Source: Candidatus Omnitrophota bacterium
GTDB lineage: Bacteria > Omnitrophota > Gorgyraeia > JABMRN01 > RBG-13-46-9
NCBI GenBank assembly: GCA_016782425.1
Contig: JADHYN010000004.1
Span: forward strand, 9,632-73,631
DNA length: 64,000 nucleotides
Direction: 5' to 3'
The notes under the pieces: generated by a model
What the model saw: the letters and a program-made list of their open reading frames with translations, nothing else
What the model was told of the DNA's origin: nothing
The model's database searches: none
Position numbers and translations under genes: made by a program
Part shown: positions 36,605 to 45,470 of the stretch, piece after piece
How the letters are laid out: each line of letters begins with the position of its first letter
How positions within the stretch are numbered: position 1 is the first letter of the stretch

Positions 36605-38037
36605 TACCCGAAAATATTCCCTCTTCCCAGAATCAGATTAGGGTCCAATGCCTTCTTGACTTCCAGCATTTCCTTAACGCCTTTTTCTCCGTAAAGAAGC
36701 TTTAAAAACTCCCGCTTTGCCTTTCCGATGCCGTGTTCTGCCGAAACGGTGCCTCCTAAGGATATAGATTTTTTTACAAACGCGAGTTGCAACCTTTTGG
36801 CTTTGTTGTAATCACTATCGCCGGATGGCAGCATGTTTACGTGGAGGTGCGCGTTGGCTATGTGACCGAATACAAAATACCGTAAATTGCTTTCTTTTAG
36901 ATTGTCTTCATAAAATTCGAGCATCTCCCGGAGCTTTTCGTTCGGTACGGCGAGGTCAGTGCTTACCTTGGGAAAACCGGAATGTTTTGCCGCTTCGCCC
37001 ATTCGTTCGGGGATATAGTGCCTTCTATCCAGAAACTCCCTGTGGGTCTTCTCGTTCATGGCAACCCATGTATCGTCCAAAGAAATGCCATGCCCAGATA
37101 AAAGCTTCTCCCACTTATCTAATGTAGCGTCTTCGCTATCTATAATCTCATCCTCAAAAAATATCGCTGCCTTTGCTCCGTCGGGCACATTGCCGTATTT
37201 CTCCCGGAGTAGCGTAAGGCAGTCCTGGTCAAAATATTCTATCGAGAGAGGCCGAGCCTTCCGTGCATCTTCCGAAAAGACCCATGCGGAATGCTCATCT
37301 TTAAAGAATGTGAAAAAGCTAAAAGGGTCCTTCGTTTTTTTAAGCACTGCAAGCTCTGCTTCTACGATAACGCCAAGTGTTCCTTCCTGACCGATAAAAA
37401 GATCGATAAGGTCCATGTCGTCTTTTGCGTAATAACCTGCCGAATTTTTTGTTCGTGGCATTGTGTACGAGGGAAGCTTGATTCTGTAATTCTTTTTATT
37501 TACCTCAAACTCCAGCGTCCGTCCAGTTGCTCTAATGCTTCCTTTCTTTAGCGAAAAAACCGACCCGTCAGCCAATACGATAGTAAGAGCCCTTACGTAT
37601 TTTCTGGTGGGGCCATATCGGAACGAGCGTGCTCCGGATGCATTCGTGGCAATGGTACCGCCGACAAAGGCCGTTTGTTCCGTAGGGTCGTATGTATAAA
37701 ATAAACCCTTCTTTTCGCAAGTCTCCTTTAGGTCCTTTATGAGGACGCCCGCGCCTACGGACGCGATACCGTCTTTATCTAGTCCTTTGATTTCTTTTAT
37801 CGCATTTAACTTTTCCGTAGAGAGAACAAGCCCACCGTACGGTATCCGAGCGCCTGCCTGGCCTGTTCCAGCACCGGAAATTGTTACGGGTATTTTTTTG
37901 GAGTTTGCGTTTTTCAGAAATGAAGATACTTCTTCAAGGTTCTCGGGAATGGCTACTTCGTCCGCGCAACCGCCCTTGAGACTGGATGAATCTTCCAGGT
38001 AAGCCTGGATAAAGGTAGGATCTTTTTTTATAAGCAT
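36604..38037 (-). CDS. FAD-linked oxidase (GlcD / D-lactate dehydrogenase family)
   Basis: FAD_binding_4-like N-domain (PVTISGAGTGQAG) and a C-terminal FAD-oxidase domain (GGTVSAEHGIG). Confidence 0.8.
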   Translation of the reverse strand: MLIKKDPTFIQAYLEDSSSLKGGCADEVAIPENLEEVSSFLKNANSKKIPVTISGAGTGQAGARIPYGGLVLSTEKLNAIKEIKGLDKDGIASVGAGVLIKDLKETCEKKGLFYTYDPTEQTAFVGGTIATNASGARSFRYGPTRKYVRALTIVLADGSVFSLKKGSIRATGRTLEFEVNKKNYRIKLPSYTMPRTKNSAGYYAKDDMDLIDLFIGQEGTLGVIVEAELAVLKKTKDPFSFFTFFKDEHSAWVFSEDARKARPLSIEYFDQDCLTLLREKYGNVPDGAKAAIFFEDEIIDSEDATLDKWEKLLSGHGISLDDTWVAMNEKTHREFLDRRHYIPERMGEAAKHSGFPKVSTDLAVPNEKLREMLEFYEDNLKESNLRYFVFGHIANAHLHVNMLPSGDSDYNKAKRLQLAFVKKSISLGGTVSAEHGIGKAKREFLKLLYGEKGVKEMLEVKKALDPNLILGRGNIFG

Positions 38038-38133
38038 TTAACGGGATACTGGATATTGAATACTGCATGCCGGTAAGAAACGCTCTTAAACTAGCATCCA
38101 GAATCCGGTATCCGCCTGTTTTTACGTATCTGA

Positions 38134-38511
38134 TTACATTCCTATCAATACGATGGAGCCAAGGATAATCATTACGACTCCCCATACCCTGTAGGCATTG
38201 TCGTTTGCCTTTAGCCACCAATCTCTCATTTTGTTTACTTTCTCTGTTGCGACTATGAAAAGCACGCCTTTGGTAATGGCTAAAAGCCCGAGCAGTATGA
38301 TTAAAAATGCATATCGGCTATAAAAAGCAGATAAAAGCAGTAAAATTCCGACAAGAATGGGAATTGGCGCAAATTTCTTTAGATCCTTGATGTTTAGAAG
38401 TTTCAATAAAAACTTATCTTTTGCAAGCTCTGTAGCAAATACCACAAGCGTGCCCATGACAATCCAGAAAATGCCTATCAAATACAGAAAGGTCATCATC
38501 AATTTTTCCAT
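38134..38511 (-). CDS. membrane protein, unknown function
   Basis: Four hydrophobic helices. Start set at ATG 38511 behind GGAGGTG. Confidence 0.4.
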   Translation of the reverse strand: MEKLMMTFLYLIGIFWIVMGTLVVFATELAKDKFLLKLLNIKDLKKFAPIPILVGILLLLSAFYSRYAFLIILLGLLAITKGVLFIVATEKVNKMRDWWLKANDNAYRVWGVVMIILGSIVLIGM

Positions 38512-38569
38512 GTCTTCACCTCCATTCATCTATTGTATTTTATGCATCACTTATCGTATATATTACCAT

Positions 38570-38613
38570 AAAAAAACGCCCAGGACAAATATTTTTCAGA
38601 TTTTGTACTGGGC
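38570..38613 (-). terminator. Rho-independent terminator after the 118-aa gene
   Basis: Minus strand reads GCCCAGtACAAA-12 nt loop-TTTGTcCTGGGC-g-TTTTTTT. Confidence 0.6.
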
Positions 38614-38635
38614 ACGCAAATACTGTTAATTCCGT

Positions 38636-38992
38636 TTATTTTCTGATGCGGTCTAGCGCTTTTTTATTTTCTTCGTCTTTCCAGACTTTCTTGAAACTCG
38701 TAACCCTACCGGTTTTTAAAGGGGGTTGAAAAGCGCTAACGCCGTGGGTCCGGCCAGATGTAACGGGTGTGCTTTTAAGATATCCGAAAGATGTTGTCCC
38801 GATGGCAACAAATGCGAAAACAAGGAAAATGCCAGTGTGGAATAATACGCGATTTTTTAGCGGCGTACTTTTCCACTTCATCGTTATACCGCTTTCCTCG
38901 AGTTCCCCTTTTAAGAATTCGCCGGCGAGGTCTATTGCGCCATCCCGGTTTTCCGCGTCTGCTGTGATTTCGATTACTGTTCGGTATTTCAT
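38636..38992 (-). CDS. hypothetical membrane-anchored protein (118 aa)
   Basis: ORF with its own promoter and terminator and one TM segment. No family recognised. Confidence 0.4.
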   Translation of the reverse strand: MKYRTVIEITADAENRDGAIDLAGEFLKGELEESGITMKWKSTPLKNRVLFHTGIFLVFAFVAIGTTSFGYLKSTPVTSGRTHGVSAFQPPLKTGRVTSFKKVWKDEENKKALDRIRK

Positions 38993-39036
38993 TTCTCGGT
39001 TTTTCCTTCCCTAACTATTGGCTTTTTGTTTTCTTA

Positions 39037-39065
39037 ATTGTAACAAAAATGCAACAGAAAGTCAA
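39037..39065 (-). promoter_or_regulatory. sigma70-type promoter of the 118-aa gene
   Basis: Minus strand reads TTGACT-17 nt-TACAAT. Confidence 0.55.
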
Positions 39066-39215
39066 GTATTTAATCTACCTTTTTTAATTGCTAACTTACT
39101 TGGATTGTGTACGATATGTGTAGACTGGAACTCTTGATTTATGTGATAAAGTAGTAGGTAAAAGTGAGGTGTTTTATGAGGGGTAAAGATAGGGGTTTTT
39201 GAATTAAGAAAGAAT

Positions 39216-40184
39216 ATGATTGAGGACTGGCGTTATAGAAGTATGCATTGGAGGGATATAGCTTATAAATACAGAGTCAGTAAAGGATGGTTTTATATCT
39301 TAAGAAAGAGGTTCCTAGAAAAAGGTTATGAGGGCTTAAGGGATAAAGTCCACAATAACTCTAACCGGCCTCACAGGATTAACTGGGAACAAAGACTTAG
39401 GATATTATCCTATGTTTATGATAATCCGACTCACGGACCCCAGAGGATAGCTTATGAGCTAGAGCCTCGGCTCTCCCCTAAAGGCGTATGGAATACATTG
39501 AAACGCGAAGATCTTAATACCAGGCGCAAAAGACGCCTCTGGGCTCATTACCAGGGAAAGCCTGTCTTGACTCAGAAGGAAAAGCACCTCATCCTTGCCA
39601 GGGATAGGCATGTAGAATCTTATGAGCCTGGGGAACTTGTAAGCATAGATACATTGGCCGTCTCCGTCAAGGAATTGGGTAAAATGTGGCAATATACGGC
39701 ATGTGATACGTATTCCAGCTACGGGTGGGCTTGGCTGTATCGCAATAAAACTGCGAATAATGCCGTGGACTTTTTTATGAACCATGTAAGGGGCACGGTG
39801 CCGACACGCAAGATAAAAAGAATCTTAACGGACCAGGGCACCGAATTCTACAACATAAAAAGTACGGAACGCGATAGCCCTTTTACAAATGCTTTAAAGG
39901 CTCACGGCATAAAGCATACGGTTACTAAAGTTGCTCATCCCTGGACCAATGGTTATGTCGAAAGGCTTAATCAAACCATATGGCAGGAGTTCTATCTATG
40001 CAGGTTAGAGAATCCTTATGCTTCGATAGAAGCGCTTAATAAAGAGTTATATGCTTTTATGCGGTATTATAACTTTTACAGAAAACATACTGGTTATAAG
40101 CTTAAAATGGCAGGATTTGAGTATCCCGGCCATGCGTTCTTTGATGTGAAAGAATCGAGTAACATTGTCGAGATAAAGTACTAA
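39216..40184 (+). mobile_element. IS481-family-like DDE transposase gene (rve integrase core); element ends not defined
   Basis: HTH region, then the DDE core: SIDT.., TDQGTEF, HPWTNGYVERLNQTIWQEF. One of only three plus-strand genes. I could not find terminal inverted repeats. Confidence 0.7.
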
Positions 40185-40279
40185 GTTCTTGCAAGAATTG
40201 GGTATTTTTGCTATGGTAGGGGTGTATCTTGGTTAGTTTACTCTAAAGGGAGAGAGGACATACTTCCGTCGGAGATTTT

Positions 40280-41092
40280 TTATTTGGACAAGACGCGAAC
40301 CATCTGGGAATGTATTTTCGAATTTGAGGCGAGAATTTCGTTATCGCAAAAGCTGTATGGTGAACCATTGAGACGGCTTACCCTCCCCCCTGCTTCTTTG
40401 ATCAGCAAGAGGCCCGCTGCGGTATCCCAGGTGTGGAGATAAAATTCCCAGAATCCGTCAAAGCGGCCGCATGCTACATAGCACAAATCGAGGGCAGCTG
40501 ATCCTGCCCTTCTTACCGCTTGCGAGGCCTTTAGGAAATTAATGAAATTTTTGATGTTCTTTTTTCTTGCGCTTCTTACGTCATATGCAAAGCCGGTCGC
40601 GACAAGCGATTTCCCGAGATCCCTTGTCCGAGAGACACAGATTCTCTTGCGGTTTAAGAAAGCGCCTCCCTTCAGTTCTGAGTGGAATATTTCGTCTCTT
40701 GTGGGGTCATATACTACTCCGGTTACAACTTCGCCTTTATCGGCAAGCGCGATCGAAACAGAGAAGACCGGAAAACCGTGCAGGAAGTTAGTCGTGCCGT
40801 CTAGGGGATCTATGATCCAGGTAAAATCGTGTTTAGTTTTAGCGTATTTTTTTTCTTCGGCAAGAATGTTGTGTTTCGGAAAGGAACGTTTTATTATACC
40901 GACAACAATATCTTCTGCTTTTTTATCGATGTCTGTGACAATATTAATCTCGCCTTTATAGCGAACGTTCTTTATCTTGCCGATGTTTTTTCGAATATAT
41001 GTCCCTGCCTTTACGGCGGCATCAATGGCTATTTTTTTGAAATTTTTATCAGCCAAGCTTAATTGCCTCAACGGGGCACTGTGAAGCGACAT
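40280..41092 (-). CDS. inositol monophosphatase family protein (SuhB-like)
   Basis: WIIDPLDGTTNF and WDTAAG motifs. The real start is probably the TTG at 41056 (ADKNFKKIAIDAAVKAG), which would overlap only the last few nt of the ferredoxin gene. Confidence 0.85.
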   Translation of the reverse strand: MSLHSAPLRQLSLADKNFKKIAIDAAVKAGTYIRKNIGKIKNVRYKGEINIVTDIDKKAEDIVVGIIKRSFPKHNILAEEKKYAKTKHDFTWIIDPLDGTTNFLHGFPVFSVSIALADKGEVVTGVVYDPTRDEIFHSELKGGAFLNRKRICVSRTRDLGKSLVATGFAYDVRSARKKNIKNFINFLKASQAVRRAGSAALDLCYVACGRFDGFWEFYLHTWDTAAGLLLIKEAGGRVSRLNGSPYSFCDNEILASNSKIHSQMVRVLSK

Positions 41093-41231
41093 CGTTTAAA
41101 TCGTGAGTCTTGCATGAATCGGCGTTGATCTTCGGCTTCTCGTTATCCCCCATCTCAAATACCTCGGGGCACAATGAAGCGCATAGCCCGCAACCGATAC
41201 AAAGATCTTCATCTACTGTTATTTTTCCCAT
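41049..41231 (-). CDS. small single-cluster [4Fe-4S] ferredoxin
   Basis: 60 aa with CIGCGLCASLCP ... CP. Confidence 0.8.
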   Translation of the reverse strand: MGKITVDEDLCIGCGLCASLCPEVFEMGDNEKPKINADSCKTHDLNDVASQCPVEAIKLG

Positions 41232-41363
41232 CTTTTAACCCCCTTATCCGAATTTACTATAAAGAATATAATACCATAACTTTTGCCGTAGTGAAGCGGG
41301 AGTAGACATGTTCCTTTTTTTGCATAATTTATGGAAATGCGGCAGGAAAAAATAGACAGGTTA

Positions 41364-41627
41364 TTATTTGTCTTCGCGATGTTCAGAAATTTGAAGGCCG
41401 ATCTTTTTTGCTATATCGTAAAATTCTTTTTTAGTTACAGTTTCGAGGGTCTTGCGGTTTTTATCGAGTTGTTCGTTGAATTTCACGGCCTTCTCCTGCA
41501 TGAACTCGTGTGTCTCTTTTGAGCCTCCGTAAAGGCGAAAATTCTTGCCTTTTGTGATTCGCACGTGCCCGTCTTTGCAGTCGAAACCCAATCCCAGCAA
41601 TACTTTTTTGAATAATCTGTTTTTCAT
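41364..41627 (-). CDS. hypothetical protein (87 aa)
   Basis: ORF directly behind a near-consensus promoter. No family recognised. Confidence 0.4.
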   Translation of the reverse strand: MKNRLFKKVLLGLGFDCKDGHVRITKGKNFRLYGGSKETHEFMQEKAVKFNEQLDKNRKTLETVTKKEFYDIAKKIGLQISEHREDK

Positions 41628-41635
41628 TATGGCAA

Positions 41636-41664
41636 ATTATATAATATGGTATTTGATATATCAA
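41636..41664 (-). promoter_or_regulatory. sigma70-type promoter, probably giving a leaderless mRNA for the 87-aa gene
   Basis: Minus strand reads TTGATA-17 nt-TATAAT, then 8 nt, then ATG 41627. No SD. Confidence 0.55.
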
Positions 41665-41675
41665 GCAAAATCGAA

Positions 41676-41969
41676 TTACGAGATTTTATATACCTTGTCC
41701 CCGTGCCTTACCTTGGAGTTGACTCGCAATCCTACCTCCTGCCCCTTTGATGCTTTTTCAACCGGGGCGTGGTCAAGCTGCATGCTCTTTACCTTCTGTT
41801 CAAAATCCGAGGTGTGCCCTTTTATGTAGATTGTCTCACCCGCTGATAAGCCATCCTTTTTTAATTTTATAACTGCTGCTTTTACGTGCGGAAAATAATG
41901 AGTAATCTCACCTAAGGGTTCCCCCAATTCTTCCAAACTTCTTTTTTTCTTGAATAGACCGAAAAACAT
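41676..41969 (-). CDS. small beta-barrel protein (EF-Tu domain-2-like), unknown function
   Basis: Start set at ATG 41969 behind GGAGGT. GETIYIKGHTSDFEQKVKSMQLDHAPVEKASKGQEVGLRV resembles translation-factor domain II. Confidence 0.35.
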   Translation of the reverse strand: MFFGLFKKKRSLEELGEPLGEITHYFPHVKAAVIKLKKDGLSAGETIYIKGHTSDFEQKVKSMQLDHAPVEKASKGQEVGLRVNSKVRHGDKVYKIS

Positions 41970-42013
41970 ATTACACCTCCATTTTTTCACACTAATTATA
42001 CCATACTTTCTAC

Positions 42014-42649
42014 CTATTTGACCACTTTTAAAGGACAAATTTCGCAAAGGGGCCTTTTCTTCCTACAATAATTTTTCCCTACTTCCACAATCAAGGCATG
42101 ATATTCGTTGAAAAGTTTTGTTTTCCTTGGAAGAGCGCGCGTGAAGAATTTTTGAGTCTCTTCGTACGTTGCATCCCGTGGTAGCAGTTTATGCCTTGCA
42201 AATATGCGTTTTGTGTACGCATCAACGACAAAAACGGGTTTATCCAAGGCGTAGAGAAGAATGCTGTCAGCCGTCTCAGGACCTATCCCCTTTACGCTAA
42301 GGAGTTTTCTTCGGAGTGTGCTTGCATTATACGATTTTAATTTATCGACGTTGCCATTTGAAAATTTAATCAGGAATTCTGCGAAATTCTTAAGCTTCTT
42401 AGCTTTTTCGTTATAAAACCCGGACGGTCGTATAAGGGTTTTTAAATTCTTCGCAGGCACGCGCATCATCTTTTGCGGAGTAAGAAGCTTTTTCCTTTTT
42501 AAGTTATTTATGGCTTTTTCAACATTTGACCACGCCGTATTCTGCGTAAGTATGGCGCCTACCATGACCTCGAACGGGGTCTTCGCCGGCCACCAGTGCC
42601 GCGGCCCGAAGTGGGAGCGTAATTTGTTGTAGATGTTTAGTAGCTTCAA
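42014..42649 (-). CDS. endonuclease III-related HhH-GPD DNA glycosylase family protein
   Basis: HhH motif LLSVKGIGPETADSILLYA, catalytic Asp region VVDAY, and a C-terminal Cys cluster. Confidence 0.75.
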   Translation of the reverse strand: MKLLNIYNKLRSHFGPRHWWPAKTPFEVMVGAILTQNTAWSNVEKAINNLKRKKLLTPQKMMRVPAKNLKTLIRPSGFYNEKAKKLKNFAEFLIKFSNGNVDKLKSYNASTLRRKLLSVKGIGPETADSILLYALDKPVFVVDAYTKRIFARHKLLPRDATYEETQKFFTRALPRKTKLFNEYHALIVEVGKNYCRKKRPLCEICPLKVVK

Positions 42650-43374
42650 ACCAACCTCTTTAGTTCTAGCGCGTTTTTCACCGCATATCCGTCAGTATCG
42701 TTGTTGAAGTAAATATAGACGTCTCTTTTTTCTTTTAAATTTTTCTTTATAATTTCTGCGTCATTTTCGAGCTGTTTCGCCGAATAGCAACCGCTGTATA
42801 GCTTCGCGGCCTGTCCATGACGGCGCAGATATAGAAAATCGGCGGTGATTTGTATGTCCTTGCTGAAATCGGGCCGGTCAGCGCTGCATAAAGCGAAACG
42901 TGCGTCTTTCAGCATATCGAAAATCTCCTTGCAATACCACGTTTCATTCCTGAACTCGAAAACATGCTGCACCTTTTTGTATTTCTTTAAATTTTTAAGG
43001 AACGCTTGTAGCCTTTTTGGATCCGCTTTAAACGAAGGTGGAAGCTGCCAGAGCACGGGCCCGAGTTTTTCCCTGAGAAGCCCGGCCCGTGAGAAAAAAA
43101 GCTTAAGGGATTCTACGCAATCCTTTAGTTTTTTAATGTGCGTTATGAATCTGCTTCCTTTTACCGTAAACCTGAAATTTTTAGGCGTTCTTTTGCGCCA
43201 GCTTGCGAATGCTGCTTCTTTCGGAAGCCGATAAAACGTGACGTTGAGCTCTACCGTGTCAAAAAACTTGGTGTAATACTCGAGCCACTTGTTTTCTTTT
43301 GTGCCCCTTGGGTAGAAAACGTCCCTCCAGTGCTGGTAGCTATAGCCGCTGGTTCCTATATATACCTTACTCAA
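42646..43374 (-). CDS. DUF72 (YecE-like) protein
   Basis: YIGTSGYSYQHWRDVFYP N-terminus, typical of DUF72. Confidence 0.8.
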   Translation of the reverse strand: MSKVYIGTSGYSYQHWRDVFYPRGTKENKWLEYYTKFFDTVELNVTFYRLPKEAAFASWRKRTPKNFRFTVKGSRFITHIKKLKDCVESLKLFFSRAGLLREKLGPVLWQLPPSFKADPKRLQAFLKNLKKYKKVQHVFEFRNETWYCKEIFDMLKDARFALCSADRPDFSKDIQITADFLYLRRHGQAAKLYSGCYSAKQLENDAEIIKKNLKEKRDVYIYFNNDTDGYAVKNALELKRLV

Positions 43375-44155
43375 TCATGCCTTCCTTTCTCAGGAATGAT
43401 ATACTTTTCTTTGCTTCACTGATATTTCGCGGCTCTAATACGAAAGCGCAATCCTCGCCTCTTTTGTCAAAATTTTTGAAAAACGCGGCAAAGTCGATAT
43501 TGCCGTCGCCAACGGGAAGATGGGTATCGTCATCGCCTTTGTTATCTGCCAGATGTATTTCTTTTATGGAGCCGACCGGATATTTTTCTAACCAGTTTTG
43601 CGCGCTTAAATCGCTGAACGCGTTAAAATGACCCAAGTCCACGCACATGGCAAGATAGGGCGACCTGACCTTTTTCATGAGCATGACAAGATGCGTGGGT
43701 TCTCGCTCGCAGTGGTTTTCGATACTTATATGTATATTATTGGCGCTTAAATCATCGCCGAGAGCGCGCCACACCGAAACGGCACCGGCGAGCTGTTTAT
43801 CTATTGGGAAAACCGAGTCATAGTTAAGTTCGGCATGTGCAACGACATGATTTATGCCCAGAGCCTTGCAAAATTTAATCACATACCCATAGAGCGGTTT
43901 TAGGCGAAGGAAGGTGTCTTTTATTTGTGAGTAGTCAATTTCTGCTATCGGGGCGTGTAGCCTTAATGGAAGGCGATCCTTTTCGACAAAGGATTTTATG
44001 TTATTGATAATGCCGGTATCGTAACGGGTGATTTCCTCGGCGCTGAGATACAACTCACCGCCGAATCCGAGGAAGTGCTTTTCGACACCCCTCTTTTCCG
44101 AAAGGAGATCAGAATATTTCACTTGAATAAGGAAGTTCTGTTTCTCTATCCTCAT
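43367..44155 (-). CDS. sugar phosphate isomerase/epimerase (xylose isomerase-like TIM barrel)
   Basis: HLADNKGDDDTHLPVGDGNIDF and upstream His/Glu ligands. Confidence 0.7.
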   Translation of the reverse strand: MRIEKQNFLIQVKYSDLLSEKRGVEKHFLGFGGELYLSAEEITRYDTGIINNIKSFVEKDRLPLRLHAPIAEIDYSQIKDTFLRLKPLYGYVIKFCKALGINHVVAHAELNYDSVFPIDKQLAGAVSVWRALGDDLSANNIHISIENHCEREPTHLVMLMKKVRSPYLAMCVDLGHFNAFSDLSAQNWLEKYPVGSIKEIHLADNKGDDDTHLPVGDGNIDFAAFFKNFDKRGEDCAFVLEPRNISEAKKSISFLRKEGMIE

Positions 44156-44258
44156 TTTAAAAAGTAGACAGCAGATCGTAGTAAGTAGATCATAGTTAGG
44201 TGTTTTTTGGTAGACTACCCCCTCGCTACTCGCTACTGTCTACTTCCTATTGTCAAGC

Positions 44259-44504
44259 CTATCTTCTTCTTCTTTTTTTTCTGCCGCCGCGCTGCATCTT
44301 TGCTTCGCTGACGTTGCCTTTCTTATCGATAAAGTAAAGATAACCTTTTTTCCTTTTTATGCGGCAGTTGTGGACTATCTTTCTTCCGCCACCCTTCTTT
44401 TTGCCACGAGCCATTTTTGTTTCGTACGCGCAACCATTTTTGCCTACGAAATAGAGGTAGCCCTTTTTTCTTTTTATGCCGCATTTACATATTACTTTCG
44501 CCAT
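44259..44504 (-). CDS. small highly basic protein made of two tandem ~37-aa repeats
   Basis: C.IKRKKGYLYF(V/I).K.G....(E/A).KM.RG occurs twice. The tail is poly-Arg/Lys. AGGAGGTG SD. Confidence 0.5.
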   Translation of the reverse strand: MAKVICKCGIKRKKGYLYFVGKNGCAYETKMARGKKKGGGRKIVHNCRIKRKKGYLYFIDKKGNVSEAKMQRGGRKKRRRR

Positions 44505-44647
44505 TTATTTCACCTCCTTCCGTCAATTCATTTTCTTAGAACTTCGACTTTGAACAGTCGAATTGAACCCTTGACATCTTTGATGTCAAGGGTAAGTTCA
44601 GCCATATGATTTATGGCAACTTCGGTTGCCATAAATCATGGCTTCAG
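44505..44647 (-). repeat. three-hairpin intergenic element, copy E3 (minimal, central module type B1)
   Basis: Fills the nadX-stop to 81-aa-start spacer. Hairpin B arms 44559-44577 / 44583-44601 (TTGACAT-ctttg-ATGTCAA), hairpin C 44602-44641, short A-like hairpin 44543-44562. Confidence 0.8.
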
Positions 44648-45460
44648 TTACGTTCCTATTTTAACGCCCTCTACGATGCCCTTCAGTGTTGCGATGGCAG
44701 AAAGGGCTGCTAGTTTGCTTGTTTTCGGATTTTTCTCAAACGGGACATTTTCGGTTCTCGTCGTAATCCTGCCGAAATCGCCGACTATTTCTATCTCATG
44801 CGTGTTTTTTGTGAATTTAGGGGAGGTGACGATCTCTACCGTTGTATTTTTCGCCCCTATGCCTGCAAGGGATAAAAGCGATGCAACGTTTACATTCTTG
44901 GGAAAGCCCTTCACTGCTTCGAGGGCATTTCCTTTAAATATAACCTTCTCGTCTCTTATGGAATTTATGTCTATGTTTTTCTCCTCGAGATAAGGCGCGC
45001 CTTCAAGGCCTTTAGGCGGTTTTTTTGTAGTTAGCGTAACTTTGTCTATTTTGGAAATTTTTGCGCTTTTTAGGGCATCTATCCCGCATATAGCACCACT
45101 CGGGAAATACACCTTGATGTTTTTGATTCTTGCTTCTTCCAGGAGGTTTTCGGATTCGATCAGCCCTCCGACGCTCATCACCATGATGTCTTTTGACTTT
45201 TCGACGGCTTTTTTCACCACTTCCCGAGAAATACGGCTACTTGCGGCTTCTATTATTAATTCGGATTTGCCAAAAAGGGCTTCTTCCGAATCAGTTGCAA
45301 CATCCTTTTTCACGAGGCGCGATAGGCTCTCGCTCTTCTCTTTATCTATATCGTATAGCGCTACAAGTTCTATATTGTTTTTTAAAAGCGTTGCGCAGGC
45401 AGAGGCTATCTCACTGCCTATCGCGCCGCAACCTATAATGCCAACTTTTAGCTTCTTCAT
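44648..45460 (-). CDS. nadX: L-aspartate dehydrogenase
   Basis: KVGIIGCGAIGSEIA Rossmann N-terminus. The C-terminal NPKTSKLAALSAIATL is typical of the Asp-DH family. Adjacent to nadA. Confidence 0.7.
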   Translation of the reverse strand: MKKLKVGIIGCGAIGSEIASACATLLKNNIELVALYDIDKEKSESLSRLVKKDVATDSEEALFGKSELIIEAASSRISREVVKKAVEKSKDIMVMSVGGLIESENLLEEARIKNIKVYFPSGAICGIDALKSAKISKIDKVTLTTKKPPKGLEGAPYLEEKNIDINSIRDEKVIFKGNALEAVKGFPKNVNVASLLSLAGIGAKNTTVEIVTSPKFTKNTHEIEIVGDFGRITTRTENVPFEKNPKTSKLAALSAIATLKGIVEGVKIGT

Positions 45461-45470
45461 GTTGTTTCCA

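Noticed and set aside
39100-40260. Candidate terminal inverted repeats of the IS (TAACTTACTTGGATTGTG on the left versus TAAACTAACCAAGATACAC on the reverse-complemented right).
   Set aside because: Only about half of the positions match, which is no better than chance in AT-rich DNA. The element boundaries are left undefined.
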